From positions 3,286,001 to 3,350,000 of the forward strand of contig JBHGNT010000014.1 in NCBI GenBank assembly GCA_043228905.1: a DNA stretch of 64,000 bases, written 5' to 3'. The DNA is from Azolla caroliniana. Taxonomy: Eukaryota > Plantae > Polypodiophyta. The notes beneath the pieces are model-generated. The model was not told the DNA's origin, did not search any database, and saw only the letters and a program-made list of their open reading frames with translations. How positions within the stretch are numbered: position 1 is the first letter of the stretch; every line of letters starts with the position of its first letter. The translations under genes and the position numbers were made by a program. Of this stretch, positions 1 to 13,874 are shown piece by piece.

Positions 1-2468
1 ATTTCTTCTTCTAGCTGCCCGTGCAGAAATGCGGTTTTGACATCCAACTGTTCGATCTCCAGATCCATACTGGTCGCTATGCTCAGAACAGTTTAGATGG
101 ATGTCATCTTAACGACTGGTGCGAATATTTTGTCAAAGTCGACGCCCTTCTTCTGTTGGAAACCCTTCACCACTATACGGGCTTTATACCTGGGTTCACT
201 GTCAGCTTCACCAGTCTTCGCCTTGTAGACCCACTTATTCCTAAGTGCTCTCTTACCTTTCGACAACTCTACTAGGTGGTAGGTGTAGTTCTCGTGCAAG
301 GATTAAATCTCATCTTGCATCACGCTCAACCATTTCTCTCTGTGCTCATCGGCAATTGCTTCTTTGTAACACTCCAGTTCACCTTCATCAGTCAAGAGGA
401 TGTATTGACTTGCATATGTAGTTGGTGATTTCCTCTCCCTGAGTGGGTATCTTCTTCCACTCGTTGTTGGCTCTCTTTCGGACGTCTCTACCAACTCTTC
501 TCTCTGCTCGGGATTCTGCTCATCAATCGGCCTCTCCTAGTTGGGTAATTCCAACTCATATTCATCAATTGACCTTTGCAGCTCTGCCGACTCTGACTCA
601 TAGTCAGACGGTCTCTCAGAGTCGACCGACTCAGATTCGGCTCTGTCGGCTAGCTATCTCCTTACAGCTGTCGGCGATGACTCACTTGGCCTTAAGTTGA
701 TGGTAGTCGGGGTTGACTGGGGAGTCGATTCCGACTTCTGTTGCTTCCAATCTTCAATTGTCTTGTCTTCTAGAAAGACTACATCCTGACTTCTCAATAC
801 CTTCTTGTCGATTAGGTCCCATAGCCTATAGCCGAATTCATCTTCCGAGTATCCCATGAATATGCATGCTTTCGACTTGTTGTCGAGCTTTGACCTTTGA
901 TCTTTCGGTACATGCATGTACGCCAGACATCCGAACACCCTCAGATGCTGGTAGGAGACATCCTTCCCTGTCCACACCCTCTATGGGACATCACCCTTCA
1001 ATGGTACTGAGGGAGACCTGTTGATAAGATAAATAGTTGTGTACATCGCCTGAGCCCAATAGAATTTCGGTAGTTTTGCATGAGAGAGCATGCTCTTTAC
1101 TCTCTCCATGATCGTTTGATTCATCCTCTTTGCAAGCTCGTTCAACTATGGGGTCTTTGGCATTGTGTATTTGATCCGAATACCTTGGCTCTTGCAGTAT
1201 TCCTCGAACTGCCCTTTGTACTCGCCACTGTTGACGGTTCGGACAGACTTCAACTTCTGACCCGACTCTCTTTCGGCTCTTGCATGGAACTCCTTGAAAA
1301 CAGACAGTACTTGATCCTTCGACTTCAGTACGAAGGCCCATGTCTGCCGACTATAGTCGTCAATGAACGTTACAAAGTATTGTTCACCTCGATGCGATGG
1401 AGCATCCACATGGCACACATCCGTGTGTACTAGTTCCAGTGGCACTTCACTTCTCCTTAGTGGTCTTGTGTGGAATGCTGCTCTATTCTGCTTTCCGACT
1501 AAGCAGTCGACGCACTTCTCTAGGTGCACTCCCTTGACTTCTAGTAGAAGTTTTTGGTCGGCTAACAGGTGCATCCCCTTCTCACTCATGTGGCCTAGCC
1601 TCTTATGCCATATCTCACCTGCCGAGTCGGCTGCCACATTTACTTCCAATTTGCACATTCGGGCATGCATCATGTACAATGTGCCTTCTTTCTATGCTCG
1701 GGCCACTATAAGAATTCCTCGACAGAACTTCCACTTGCCATTTCGAAAGCTACCACTATAGCCTTCGTCATCTAACCTTCCAGTCAATATCAGATTCAAT
1801 CTGATATCGGGGACGTGTCGAACATCCTTCAGTGTCAGTCAACACCCTATTGACGTCGTTAAGCAAACACTTCTGACTTTGGTTACTCTGCACTCTCCAT
1901 TGTCACCCATCTTTACATAGCCATGATCCCCGGCTATGTAAGTCGAGAAATACTCTCTCGATGGAGTTATGTGGAACGACGCCCCGGAATCAATCACCCA
2001 CGTGCAATCTTCACTTGCAAGATTTGCACTTGTCTATTCACAAATGAACATGAATTCTTCATTGCTCGTAGCAATGGCCAAAGTGTTCTTCTCATAAGGA
2101 ATCTTCTTGGGTTCGACATTATTTCCGACACTCTTATCTTTCTTTAAGTGTCGACAGTCCTTTTGGAAGTGTCCAGGCTTTCCATAATAAAAGCACACGG
2201 GCTTACCTTTGGACTTCGATCTGGCGTGGGATTTGTCCATTCGTTGCAGACTTCTTCTTCGCCGGTCTCTTCCTCTATCCATACGTTGAGTCAGATTCGA
2301 CTCCGATTGGGACAAGACTCCTTTGTCTTTCCTCCTTGGCTCCTCATTTAGGATGCTTGTCTTCACCGTCTGTAAAGACAAGTTCTCTTCTTGACAGGAG
2401 GTGCTGAGAGTAACCACCAGGTTCTCCCAGCTATCCGACAATGTGCACATCAGCAGGATGGCCTGCAT
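1..2468 (-). mobile_element. Degraded Ty1/Copia internal region (gag zinc knuckle, protease, GAG-pre-integrase, integrase, start of RT), cut by the window edge
   Basis: Broken ORFs 2034-2468 (CFYYGKPGHFQKDC), 1146-1679 (WHKRLGH, LELVHTDVC, YFVTFIDDYSR), 654-977 (HLRVFGCLAY) and 93-299 (RYKARIVVKGFQQ); many stops and frameshifts. Confidence 0.92.
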
Positions 2469-3055
2469 TGCTGAAAATACGAATCACAAATATGCCAGAC
2501 AAGAAAAAAAAAGGAGAAATAGTGGTGGACAAAGATTTAATGTGGAAACCCTAAAAAACGGGAGAAAACCACGGGAACAAAACTTCACTATGTATAGTGG
2601 ATATACAACACAGAATGTTACAACACTCCTTTGAGTGTATCAACCACGCGGGGCTCTTGATGTCTGTTGTTACGCACACAGTTATGGCGCCGATCACACT
2701 CACTCTATCTGTCTCTCACTCTCTCACACTACATCTGTCTCTTCTATTCTCTCTCTGTTCTATAATCTCGTTTTGCCCTAAGTGTATTTATACTTATCCA
2801 CTGTATGGGCTATTTACAAATGTAGCCAGACTATGTGTCATTATTATTATTGCTATAATAATAATAGTCGAACTATCAAACAATTGACTCACCGTTTTCG
2901 ACTCTTCGACTATTGGCTTTCCGAACAGTCAGATCTTCCCTGTCTTCGACTGTCGGCACTTCTTGGTCCGATCAATCGACTCCTCGTAGTCATCGACTGT
3001 CAACAACTTCTGGACAATCGATTCCTCCTACCACTGGAGGGACATATTCCCAACA
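2469..3055 (-). repeat. Copia-type LTR (solo or recombinant)
   Basis: TG...CA ends (tgctgaaaat...ttcccaaca); shares gtggaaaccct...gaaaaccacggg and gggctatttacaaa motifs with the LTRs at 38644, 43449 and 55490; no TSD or PBS seen. Confidence 0.7.
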
Positions 3056-4292
3056 GAGTTTAACCCTTGTAACATAAGGTCATGGGTTCAAATCCTTTTG
3101 GAGCCATACCATGCCATACAATGACACTATCCCCCCCTTTAAACAACGGTTACGAGTCATCTTTGATCGAGGGCTTGGTTTGTCTGGATATTGACAATGG
3201 AAGTCTTCAAGAAGAGCTTGAGCATTTGCCAAATTCGTCACTTGTTCCCAAGTACGCTTGCTTGGACTATATCCTAGCCAATAGACTAAATAATAGAGCT
3301 TGTTGCGAACCATCTTGGAATCGAGGATGGCAGTAACCTTGTACTCAGGTCCATCTTCAAGTTCGATCGGGGGTGGAGGTGGTGTAATACAATCTAGGAT
3401 GTGATGTCTTGATAGGGTTCTAGAAGAGAACTATGAAATACCGGATGTATCCGTAGTTGCGGAGGTAGATCAAGGTGAAAAGTGACATCATGAATTTTTT
3501 CGTTAATATGGAAAGGGCCTAACTGTCGATAATCCGGTTTGTCACACGGTCGAATAGTCTTGATGTGTTGTCATAATAGCCATACTTGATCTCCAATATC
3601 AAAAGAGGATGGAAGCCGATGACGATCCGCATAGTACTTTTGTGTTTGTTGGGCGCAATGTAGATGGATACATAGTTCTACTTGAATTCATCGTAGCCGC
3701 TCCAAATGATCCTCTGAACTAGGATTTGTGGGTAACTCAGGCGTTTCTAACACACACCAGCGAGGATGATAGCCGGTATAAGTGTAGAATGGTATAACCT
3801 AGTAGAGGAGTGGATATAATTACTATAAGAAAATTCAACAAAGTGTAGAATATCTGCCCAATCATGTTGTTGATGGCTTAGGAAACACCGAAGATACTGT
3901 TCCATTGTTTGATTGGTACGTTCTGCTTGTCCATTTATTTGGGGATGATAGTTGGAGGAGAGATTTCAAGTGACCTTGAGCATTTTGAAGAGATGCTTCC
4001 AAGATTTAGAGACAAATTGAGGTCCACGATCACTGATGATACTGTCGGGGAGACCATGACGCCGAAATACTTCATGCATAACAATTTGGGGATGATAGTT
4101 GGAGGAGAGATTTCAAGTGACCTTGAGCATTTTAAAGAGATGCTTCCAAAATTTAGAGACGAATTGAGGTCCACTATCACTGATGATACTGTTGGGGAGA
4201 CCATGACGCCGAAATACTTCATGCATAACAATTCTCGTGGTTTCTTCACTAGTGATTTCTTTAGTACAGGGCACGAAATGTGCCATCTTAGT
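3056..4292 (-). mobile_element. E1, 3' part: Tcn1-like chromovirus (integrase C-terminus, chromodomain, PPT, truncated 3' LTR 3056-3126)
   Basis: Chromodomain YLVYWLGYSPSKRTWE (ORF 3080-3313); PPT aagggggggatag then tgtcat on the minus strand; integrase joins 52536 across the E2 insertion (VILTMVDRYT|KMAHFVPC). Confidence 0.88.
3937..4232. repeat. 147-bp tandem duplication within the E1 integrase
   Basis: atttggggatgatagttggagg... at 3937 and again at 4084. Confidence 0.9.
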
Positions 4293-4724
4293 TGTTGAGA
4301 GATCAAGCTCAACTAGAGTTAGTTAGTTAGTCAACCATGTAACTTTGTAGTTACCTAGATAGAATCTAGTTAGAAGTGGTGACTATAACGCCTTAAATAG
4401 GACCTTGTACTTAAGTGGGATATTCTAAATCCTCCACTCCCAAGTACATTTAATATAGGACTTACACCCTTGTACCTATATTCTCCTCACACATGTGCAC
4501 CCTTGCACATGAGATCTATATATACCTAATTGTAGGTATTTTTGTATTTGATGATGCTAATTTAATATAGAGTTAATCATCCCCCATCTTGTGTTGTTCA
4601 TAAGTGGATCTTCCTCTCTCTCTTCCTCTCACACACATACAGACACATATCACATAATCTTCTCCTTAGCTTAATCACATAATTAGGTACTAATTAACCC
4701 AACTTAATTACCTAATTCTTAACA
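4293..4724 (+). repeat. E2 5' LTR
   Basis: tgttgagaga...ttcttaaca, followed directly by the iMet PBS. Confidence 0.92.
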
Positions 4725-4842
4725 TGGTATCAGAGTGTGTGGTTCCAAAAATCCACTAAGCCCACCCAACTCCGTGATTGTGTGTTCGATACGTCGACAA
4801 CAAAATCCAGCTATCGGCTACCGTAGTGCCACTACGTAGCAC

Positions 4843-6234
4843 GTGTACATGACCGAAGGAAGAAAAGCGAAAATGGAAGACACTACAATCAACATGAACA
4901 CACAAATGGGTAGCTTGCTCCCTAGTGAAAAGCTAGACCGGAGCAATTATTTATCTTGGGAGTACAAGATGAACCAATACCTGGTCGGCCAAGGGTATTG
5001 GAGCTACATCAATGGCACACTCGAAACCAAACATGAGATCACAAATGCCAACTACCCAACGTGGGAGCAAGGAGAGAGTCGGGTAATGTATTGCTTGGCA
5101 ACATGTGTCCACGACCACATGCTTAGCCACATTCGAGATACCAAGACGCGTAAAGAAGTGTGGGCGAACTTAAAGAATTTTTTTGCCGCCAACACAACCA
5201 CCTGCAAACTTTAACTCCGACAAGAGTTGAATAACATTTGGCAAGAAGATATGTCTGTGCCGGACTACACCGCCAAGATCAAGAGCATTTGCGACTTGCT
5301 TGGCTCCATCAACATAAACGTTGACAAAGACGAGATGGTTCAAGTATGCTTGGGCGGCCTCACACAACGATTCGACTCGTTGAGGACGACAATCTTGGCG
5401 AGGGAAAACCCTCATTCGTTCTTCAATCTTCAATCAATGACAATGGTTGAAGGGAACCACGTCCAAACCAAAAGCAAAACGTCGGAAGGATAAATGTTCT
5501 TTTCGAATTCGGATGGTTATCGAGGACAAGGTCGAGGCGGTAGAAAAGATCGATTCGACCCAAATCTTCGATAACAAGAAGGAAGACATCAAGGAACCGT
5601 TGGAAGAAGGGGGAGCTTCTTCCATGCCAAACAAGGTCGGCAAACAATGCCACTTACCTACAGCTATTGTGGGAAGATTGGCCATCGTGAAGAGGAGTGT
5701 CGGTAAAAGAGAAGTGAGTCGGCTTCGACAAGCTGACAACTCATAAACTACACCAACAACTCCGAATACGACGACTACGGTGGTCTATTCGTAAGGAGAC
5801 ATAGAGCGAACTCTATGACGACTTCCGACTCCACAAGCACCTCCAACTCAGAAGATGTGTGGTTCAACTATTCCTGCGCCTCACATCACATGACATCCCA
5901 CGAAGAGTGGTTCAGTGATTTGCACACAATCGATCAACCCGGGTTCATAGAGACGGGAGATGACACCACACATCCCATTTGACACATCGACAATGTCCCA
6001 TTCGGGAAAGAAGGTCTTGCACGTGCCCACAATAACAAAGAATTTGGCTTTGGTCAACCAAATCGTGGAACAAGGCATGCAAGTTTGGTTCAACAACGAA
6101 GGTTGTTTCATCGAGAAAGATGGCCGACTCATAGCCAAGGGACGGAGAGATGGTCGAATGTTCATCCTCAATTCGAACGAGGTGAAATCAGCCATGTATG
6201 CCAAAGGTCTCCAAACCAAGACAAGCATTGAGTT
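4843..6234 (+). pseudogene. E2 gag / protease / start of GAG-pre-integrase (disrupted)
   Basis: EKLDRSNYLSWEYKMNQYL gag N-terminus; HVPTITKNLALV after the protease; several stops and frameshifts. Confidence 0.85.
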
Positions 6235-8991
6235 TTGGTCATATTGGGCAACCTTACCAATGGAGCTACATTCCATCAATGCATTATTGTATTGTATAAG
6301 TTTCAACTTATTACATTGTAAGTTAATCATAGAACTTTCAAGAAACTTCTAGAGAATGCATAGACATGCACTCTCTAGAAGTTTCCATGCATTCTCTAGA
6401 TGTTTCCTAGCTTACATGCATACCACCACATTCTTGTATAAATACTTCGGTGCACCTTGATTACAATCAAGGTGAACAACACCAGTTATGGAAGCATAAT
6501 TTAGTTCTCACTCTTTTGTCTACCCTCTCTCTCTCTTGTTCTCTTGTCTATGCTCCTCTCTATCTATATATCTATCTTTCTCTCTTTCTTAATATTGAGC
6601 TCGCCAACTTGTCCTTGCCCTCGTCTACATCCGTGATAGTTTGTTCACCTTCCCTTCTTGTTACCATGTCCGACTCGGCCTTAAACCAAGTAATGGCAGC
6701 CTTGAAGCAACGCCAATTAGAAAATGAAAGCATTTGTCAGTCATTGCGAGAGCTTCAAAATAGCACAACCAACAATCCTTCACCCGTTGAGCCTCACCTT
6801 CCGTCAGCATCTAACCCAACCCCTTCCTCTTCCCATTCATATGTCCTCGAACCTAATGTCAGCCTACCTGAAAAATTCAACGGCTCGAGGGTGCATCTTC
6901 ATGGCTTCATCAATCAAATTCGGCTTATCATCCGCTTACAACCCCAACGTTATGCTAGTGATTTCTCTTGGGTCGGCCTCATTGGCAGCCTTCTATCTGG
7001 GCCGACACAAGCATGGTTTGCACCATTGATCGAGACCTCATCACCCCTCCTAGACAACTTTCCTGCCTTCCTTGTGGAGCTTGAAGCCACATTCGGAGAG
7101 ACAGATGGGCGACAAACGACACTCACGAAACTCTATTCCTTACAACAACGCTCTCGTCCCGCTTCCGTTTATGCTTCAGAGTTTCGTCAGATCGCGTGCG
7201 ATGTCAGCTGGGATGACCAAGCTTTATGCGACCAATTTCGTTGAGGCCTCTGAAATGATATCAAGACTCTTCTCTTAAACTTTCCGGAGCCCACATCATT
7301 GTCCCAAGTAATCTCCCAAGCTGTTCAATGTGATAATCGTTTTTTTGAGCTTCGACAAGAGGAATGGGGGACTTGAGTTTTTCCATCTTCCTCCCGCAAT
7401 GTTCCACTCACAAGGCCATATATATTAGTTTCGCCAAGCACGCCATGATTGCCATCTTCCAATAGTGCTCATACCCCCATGGAGGTTGATCCCCGTACCC
7501 CAATGGAGATCGACCATGCTCGGTTCCAGCCATTAACCGATGCCCAACGGCAACATCGACGTGACAATGACCTCTGCCACTATTGTGTTACCCTCGTCCA
7601 TGTCATCCACCACTGCCCGATGCGCGACCCTCGTCATCAATCCCACTGTGCACGTCTTGCAGAGGTTTATCGACAACAAGAAAATGACCGTGAACGTCTT
7701 GCGGAGGTTTCTGGACAACAAGAAAATGAGCAAGTCCGGCTGCAGTAGGAGCCATGCCGCTGGACACTTTCCATCGCCCTACTTCTTCGTGCTCCTACAA
7801 TTCAGTCACGCCAGCAGGAGGTTTTACTTTGCAAGTAAGTCTTTGTTTTGGGTCTATTTCAATAAAATCCCATGCCTTGCTCGATTCTGGTGCATCTACT
7901 TGTTTCATCGATATCGCGTTCGTCCGAGCAAATAAAATCCCAACTGTCCGCACAACACAACCCATATCCGTTGAAGCTATCGACAGACATGTTCTCTCTT
8001 CAGGGGCGGTTACTGAAGCCACTGTCCCGTTGGTATTTCAATTCGGGTTCCACCAGGAGGTATTAACATTCTACCTCATTGCAGCCCCTCGTCATCCGAT
8101 TGTTTTAGGGTTGTCCTGGTTGGAAACACACAATCCGATGGTGGATTGGTGTAGCCGCTCCATCACTTTTCCACAAACACCAGCGCGGGCCCTTTACACA
8201 AACACTATTACTTGTGTGGGGATTGTTTTCAGCTTTGGTGCACATTCTTCTAATTTCAACTCAGTCTCCAACGTTGCCGATTCCATTGTGGCCGATTCTA
8301 GTGTGGTCACTTCCGTGCCCGTTGTGTCACAGGATGTCCCTACTCATGTCACCAATTTGCCTGCAAGATATAGCGATTTTTTGTACGTGTTCGAAAAGCG
8401 AAATGCAGACTAGTTGCCGGCACATCGCCCCTATGATTGCCCAATCGAACTCCAAGATGGTGCACACCCACCATTTGGGCCCATCTATGGGCTATCTGAA
8501 CCCGAACTTGAGGCCCTTCGCACATATCTGGATGAAAACCTCGCCAAGGGCTTCATTCAACCCTCCAAATCACCGGCTAGAGCCCCAATCTTATTTGTCA
8601 AGAAGAAGGACGGCTCATTACACCTATGTATGGATTATCGGGGTCTCAACAAAATTACGATACGCAATCGTTACCCCTTGTCATGATATGGCAAGACTCG
8701 GGGATAGTGTCATGATATGGCGAGACTCGAACCCATGACCTTATATTATATGGGTCGAGCTCTTAACCATTATACCATCTATTGTAATACGTAGGGCATT
8801 ATTTTCATTTAAGTTTTATTATAGGAAATTAATGTAAGATTTGTCTAGAACATTCTAGAAGCTTCAAGACTGCTCTTGAGAACACTATAAAAGGAGGCAC
8901 AAGGCATTACGTTGAACCAAATCGGCAATGCCAGTCTTAAGCCTCATAGCCATTTTGTACTTACTCTTCATATAATATATCATCTGTTATC

Positions 8992-9022
<31 letters not shown>

Positions 9023-10488
9023 ATCGGGAGTCTTATGCAGTCCTGTCTTCTTAGTACTAATAGTACTTCCCTTCTCCAGTACTAATTCTCTCTCTGTTTT
9101 AGTACTATTCTTGACCGTTTGAACCAATTTGCCTCTAGTCTTCTTTTCGGTTTCCCTCATCCTCTTACCCCTTTTTTTTCCAATACTATGGCTACTGTTA
9201 GCGCCCAAGAATATCAATTTGTTTTCTCCGAGCTACAGGGTCTAAAAGAAAGCCTTGGAACAAGAAAACCAATGATTGTTAGGGGATCTTCAATAAATCG
9301 CTCTAGAAAAACAACAAACGTAGCAACAACATGGGGAGTTGCAATAACAACATGGGGAGTTAGCGTTACGTGTACAACAACTCGAAGCAACTATCGTAGC
9401 GTTGCAACAACAAGGATCAAGTCCCCAAGGATTTCATAAAGAACCCAAGATTAGACTTCCTATGAAATTTGATGGAATGCGATCACAATTTAGAGGATTT
9501 CTTAATCAGGTACGCTTAGTCATTCAAATGCATCCTTCCTGATACCCCCACTGATGCATCCCGAATTGGCCTAATAGGCACGTTGCTTAGCGGCTCACAA
9601 CCTTGGCATGGTTCGCTTCGCTTCTAGAAAAACAATCGCCTTTGCTTAATAACTTTGAAGACTTTATTAGCGAGTTTAAAGCCTGCTTTGGAGATACCGA
9701 CAACATTAGGACGACGATCAACAAAATCCGACGATTGCGTCAAGGTGATTGTCTAGCCTCTGCCTACACGATGGATTTCCGTCTACTCGCCTTAGATATC
9801 CCCTGGGATGATCAGGCACTAATGGAGCAATTTCGCTACGGCCTATGAAATGATGTCAAAGATTTACTCTTAACCTTCCCCGAAGAACCAAAGTCTCTTA
9901 CAGAGGCAATCAGTCGAGCGGTCCGATGCAACAACTGCCTTTTCAAACGACGTTCTAAACGTCAATTACAAATACCACGCCCTAGGCCGGAGTGTCTGAT
10001 AGTATTAATAGTACTAATAGTCCAAGTATCTCAAACAAATTTGAAATCCTTAGTCAATTAGAAGAACAATTAAACGATTGAGTCCAGCCAAAATAGGAGC
10101 CGTTTGGTTGGACAGCCCTAAACACGTTCGCGTTCACAAGTGGAAGGATCGCACATAAATGGAAGGATAAGGGAAATTTTGGTTGATTTTAGGGCTTTTT
10201 CAATGATTTTACAAAACACATTGATACCAGTATCATACATGTTCAAACATACTATGAAAAAGGTTAAAAATCCACTATTTTCGTGATTTAGAAGTAACTA
10301 AAAAAAGACGAATTTCAAAAAGTTACATTCTCAATTTATATCACAAACTTTACAACCAATGTTATTTTATAAGAAACAATTTTTTAGAAATCATAAGAAT
10401 TCAAAATACATGCTTTTACATTACTCAATTTGTTACAAGCGGAATATAGTTACACTTAATAGCCAAATATACATTCATGATCACTCCT

Positions 10489-11243
10489 TTACGGAGAATC
10501 ACTACTATAACTAATATACAATGACGATTCCTCCTCATCATCCTCGGATGTACCAATCAATGCATTATCTTCGTCATAAACCAAATGGTTTGACTCTAGA
10601 TTATATGTAGCAGATCTCGTTTGCCTTTGACTCGAGCCACCTTGTAGACCTGGTAATTTTTCTTTTATTATATCTATTGTTGACTTCCTTAATTGTCCGG
10701 CTTTTGTAAGTGTGAAGTCGTACACGATGATATCCACATCAGAGATATCAAGGGTCGAGGTGTTACGAATGTTTTGCTTCCTCTTCCAACCTCCCCTTCT
10801 TGTTGGGCATTCAATCATCTCCAATGTATACTTTCCTGTAAAAGCATTTGCACTTCTAGTGTTGTACCAATGAACATTTATAGACTTGATCGTGTTTTCT
10901 ATTTCATGCATTAGCACTTCTAGAATTTTACCAACCCAAAATTGGTGGCCTGTGAGTTCTCATCAGCCGGCGTTGCAATCAACATCCCCGCGGTGAGCTC
11001 TTGCAAATTGCCTTGCCATCTAGCTTCGGTTGCTTTGGTCATCCTTGGTCCCACATAAATGTCTCTTTGTTGTGGATGGACTAAGCTGTCATTAATCGCA
11101 TTTGCTAGTTGCTCCGGAGTTCTATTTACGCGATCATGTTGCAGCGACCATGTGAATGGTGTTTCCAAATTCCAATTATCACCAGATACACAATTGTCTA
11201 TAATTCCTTTCTGATCACTATAAAATACATCCCACCATGACGT
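10489..11243 (-). pseudogene. E5 transposase, C-terminal part
   Basis: In frame with 23632 across E6 (AAQQDT|SWWDVFY); ORFs 10920-11261 and 10489-10917 are separated by a frameshift. Confidence 0.8.
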
Positions 11244-11986
11244 TGTCGTAGTGTATTCCACACACTACGTGAAAACCATAAAATAATATATCCGAATTTA
11301 GATACATATAAATAAATAAATAATATATCAAAAGAATTTACCACGTGCATAGGGCAAGATTCGAACCATGCACCTCCACGTAGATAAACCCCAACTTTAC
11401 CATTGTAATAACTTATCTTTAGTGTTATAAATATAGATTTAATACGTATAAGACCTTTATTTACACATACCTTTATTAAAAAGTAAAAATCATGTATTCT
11501 TTAGAGTGTGAATATTTTATTTACACGTGACATTAAAAGTGACTCATGCACATCTAGCGTGCACGAGCCCTATATTTAGGAAATGACAAAACATCACATG
11601 CACATTTAGTGTGCATGGGCACTTTAGGTGAAAAAGCATGAAGCCATGCTTAGCCTCTTCCATCTTTATATAAGGAGGAGAAAAATATGTATATGGTTGT
11701 TGATTAATATACAAGGTTGGATCAATCGAATATATTCGTGGGGATTCACGAATTTTGCCATCTAAATGCTCTTATAATCTAAATATTGTTTTAATTACAC
11801 TAAACTCGTGGGATTCACGATATTGCTATCTTACTTCTCTTTCCACTATTCATATCTAGCCTTAAGTTGTATTCCTCTTCCTCCTAGTCAAAAACCTCGG
11901 CGGTTCCCACCCGACTCACGCAACGATCCGGAGCCGAAGGGCACGACACAGTTGGTGAACCCGACGTGAAGACGGGTGGCAAGGAG

Positions 11987-13874
11987 ATGGAAAATCAACC
12001 GGAGGCTAGCAACATGATGATGATGTTCGAGCGCATGCTACAAGAACAACGCGCGATGTCGGAGATAGCGGCATCAGTGGAGCGGCTCGTGCAACGAAAC
12101 GGGCAATTCAACGGGAAAGACGTGTCGCGGTATCTTCGGGACTACAAGGCGGAGATGCTACGGTGCGGAATATCGGAAGGACTGCAAGTGACGTCCTTCA
12201 ACCGGGTGGCGACCGATGGGCTTCAAGCAAGCATCCATGGGCTACGACAGCAAAATCCGACATGGGAGGCGTTTGAAGTAGAGCTAAAGAGGACGTTCGC
12301 CATCGAGGATTCCTCCAAGGCGACGCGAAGGGGATTCGAAGATTGGGTGGAGACGCCGGACAAGGGATTGAAGGTCGTTGATGTGTTTTCGGCATTCGAA
12401 AGCCGGTTCGGGAGGTTGTCCGCGAGAGATCAAGCTATCCTCGTACCGGACAAGGTGATCATGTTCTTGCGAGCCGTGGACGTCCGGGACCGGAAAGATC
12501 TCGGAGTGCTCTTGGAGGACACGACCACGGAGAGCGGCCTCACCGAAACATGGGAAAGCGTGCGGGATATCGTCACACGATACACGAAGAGGGGGCAATG
12601 GCTTGCCGACGAGGAAAAGAGGGTTTCGGAACCGATTCCGAAACCGAGAACCGGATTGGAAGACCATCAACTGAGGGCTCGAGAGACTACAACCGAGAAG
12701 GGGATTGATGCATCTACGGTGGAGCAACTATTGAAGGAGATGGAGAATCTGAAGATCGCGATGGTGAAGAAGTCGGATGACCGCCCCACAAGCTCCAAGT
12801 ATACGGACCGGCGGTGCATATGGTGCGATAGCACCGAACACGATCGGAGGGATTGCGACGAGCATAAGGAGGCGCTACGGCGGGATCTCATCTACTACGA
12901 GGGAAACCGGATTCATTCGATGGACTCTCGGAAGCCACTCCGACCGAACTTCCGGAAAGGCGGCATGAAGAAGGTCCTCGAGGAGGAGTTGGCGGCAAGA
13001 AGCAACTATGCGACAACCGCGGGAATATGTGTCGGGGAGTCATCGAGAGCAAAGACGTCTTTTTGGCCGGAAGTTCTAGAAAACACCGAGAAAACCGACC
13101 CTAACGAGATCCGAAGCACCGCGGAAGGCGTCCGGGAAGCTACGGGATGGGAGTGCCCTGTCGACAAGAATAGCGTATACGCCCTGTGTCAATTGCATAA
13201 GGTGTATGTGGACGAGAAACGATGACGCACGGAGGATGCGGCCGAGCCATCGAAGATACCGGAAAGCTGGAACTCTAGAGGTAAGGGAAAAGAAAAGGCG
13301 ACTCCGGCATTCAAGCTCGCCTCGGACATAGAACAACAAACCGACTTGAAAAGAGTGTTCGAGGAAAGAATCTTGGATAACCGGGTAGATTTCTCGCTTC
13401 GGGAGCTACTCGGAATAGCAAAGAAGGAGTTCCACGATCTTCTCGTGGATCTCGTGAAGCGAAAAAGACAAAGTACGGAAGAAAATGCTCCAAGGGTGAA
13501 TGCGAACACCGTTTTAATGAACGACACCAAAGTGGAGGACGAAATTCCGAACTCCCACTATACAAGGCCACATTGGGCACGCGCGACTACGGAGACTCCG
13601 GTCCGAATCGGCAACATCAAAGAAACCGTGCTAGCATTGATTGATCACGGATCGGAGATCAACTTGATGTCCAAGGAGTTCTACCGGAAGGGGAAGTGGC
13701 CTATTAACACCAACCATGGATGGAAGATTCGGGCGGCCACCAAAGCAACGGAAGATCTATTTGTGGCTTGTCCGGATGTGACGGTGAAGATCGGGGATGT
13801 CGAGATCGACCAAAATTTCTTCGTGCAAGATGAGGTTTCACATTCCGTCATCCTCGGCCAACCCTTTATCACGG
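11987..13874 (+). CDS. gag: E6 Gag (capsid, CCHC knuckle) and aspartic protease; one in-frame TGA at 13223; interrupted by E7 and finishing at 19179-19333
   Basis: CIWCDSTEHDRRDC knuckle; LIDHGSEIN; VILGQPFIT|ASRMETK rejoins across E7. Confidence 0.85.

Noticed and set aside
3937-4232. Functional significance of the 147-bp in-frame duplication
   Set aside because: It lies in an already disrupted integrase; probably neutral
13223-13225. Programmed stop readthrough in E6 gag
   Set aside because: Context cga-TGA-cgc is simply explained by a CpG transition in an Arg run; cannot be supported from one copy
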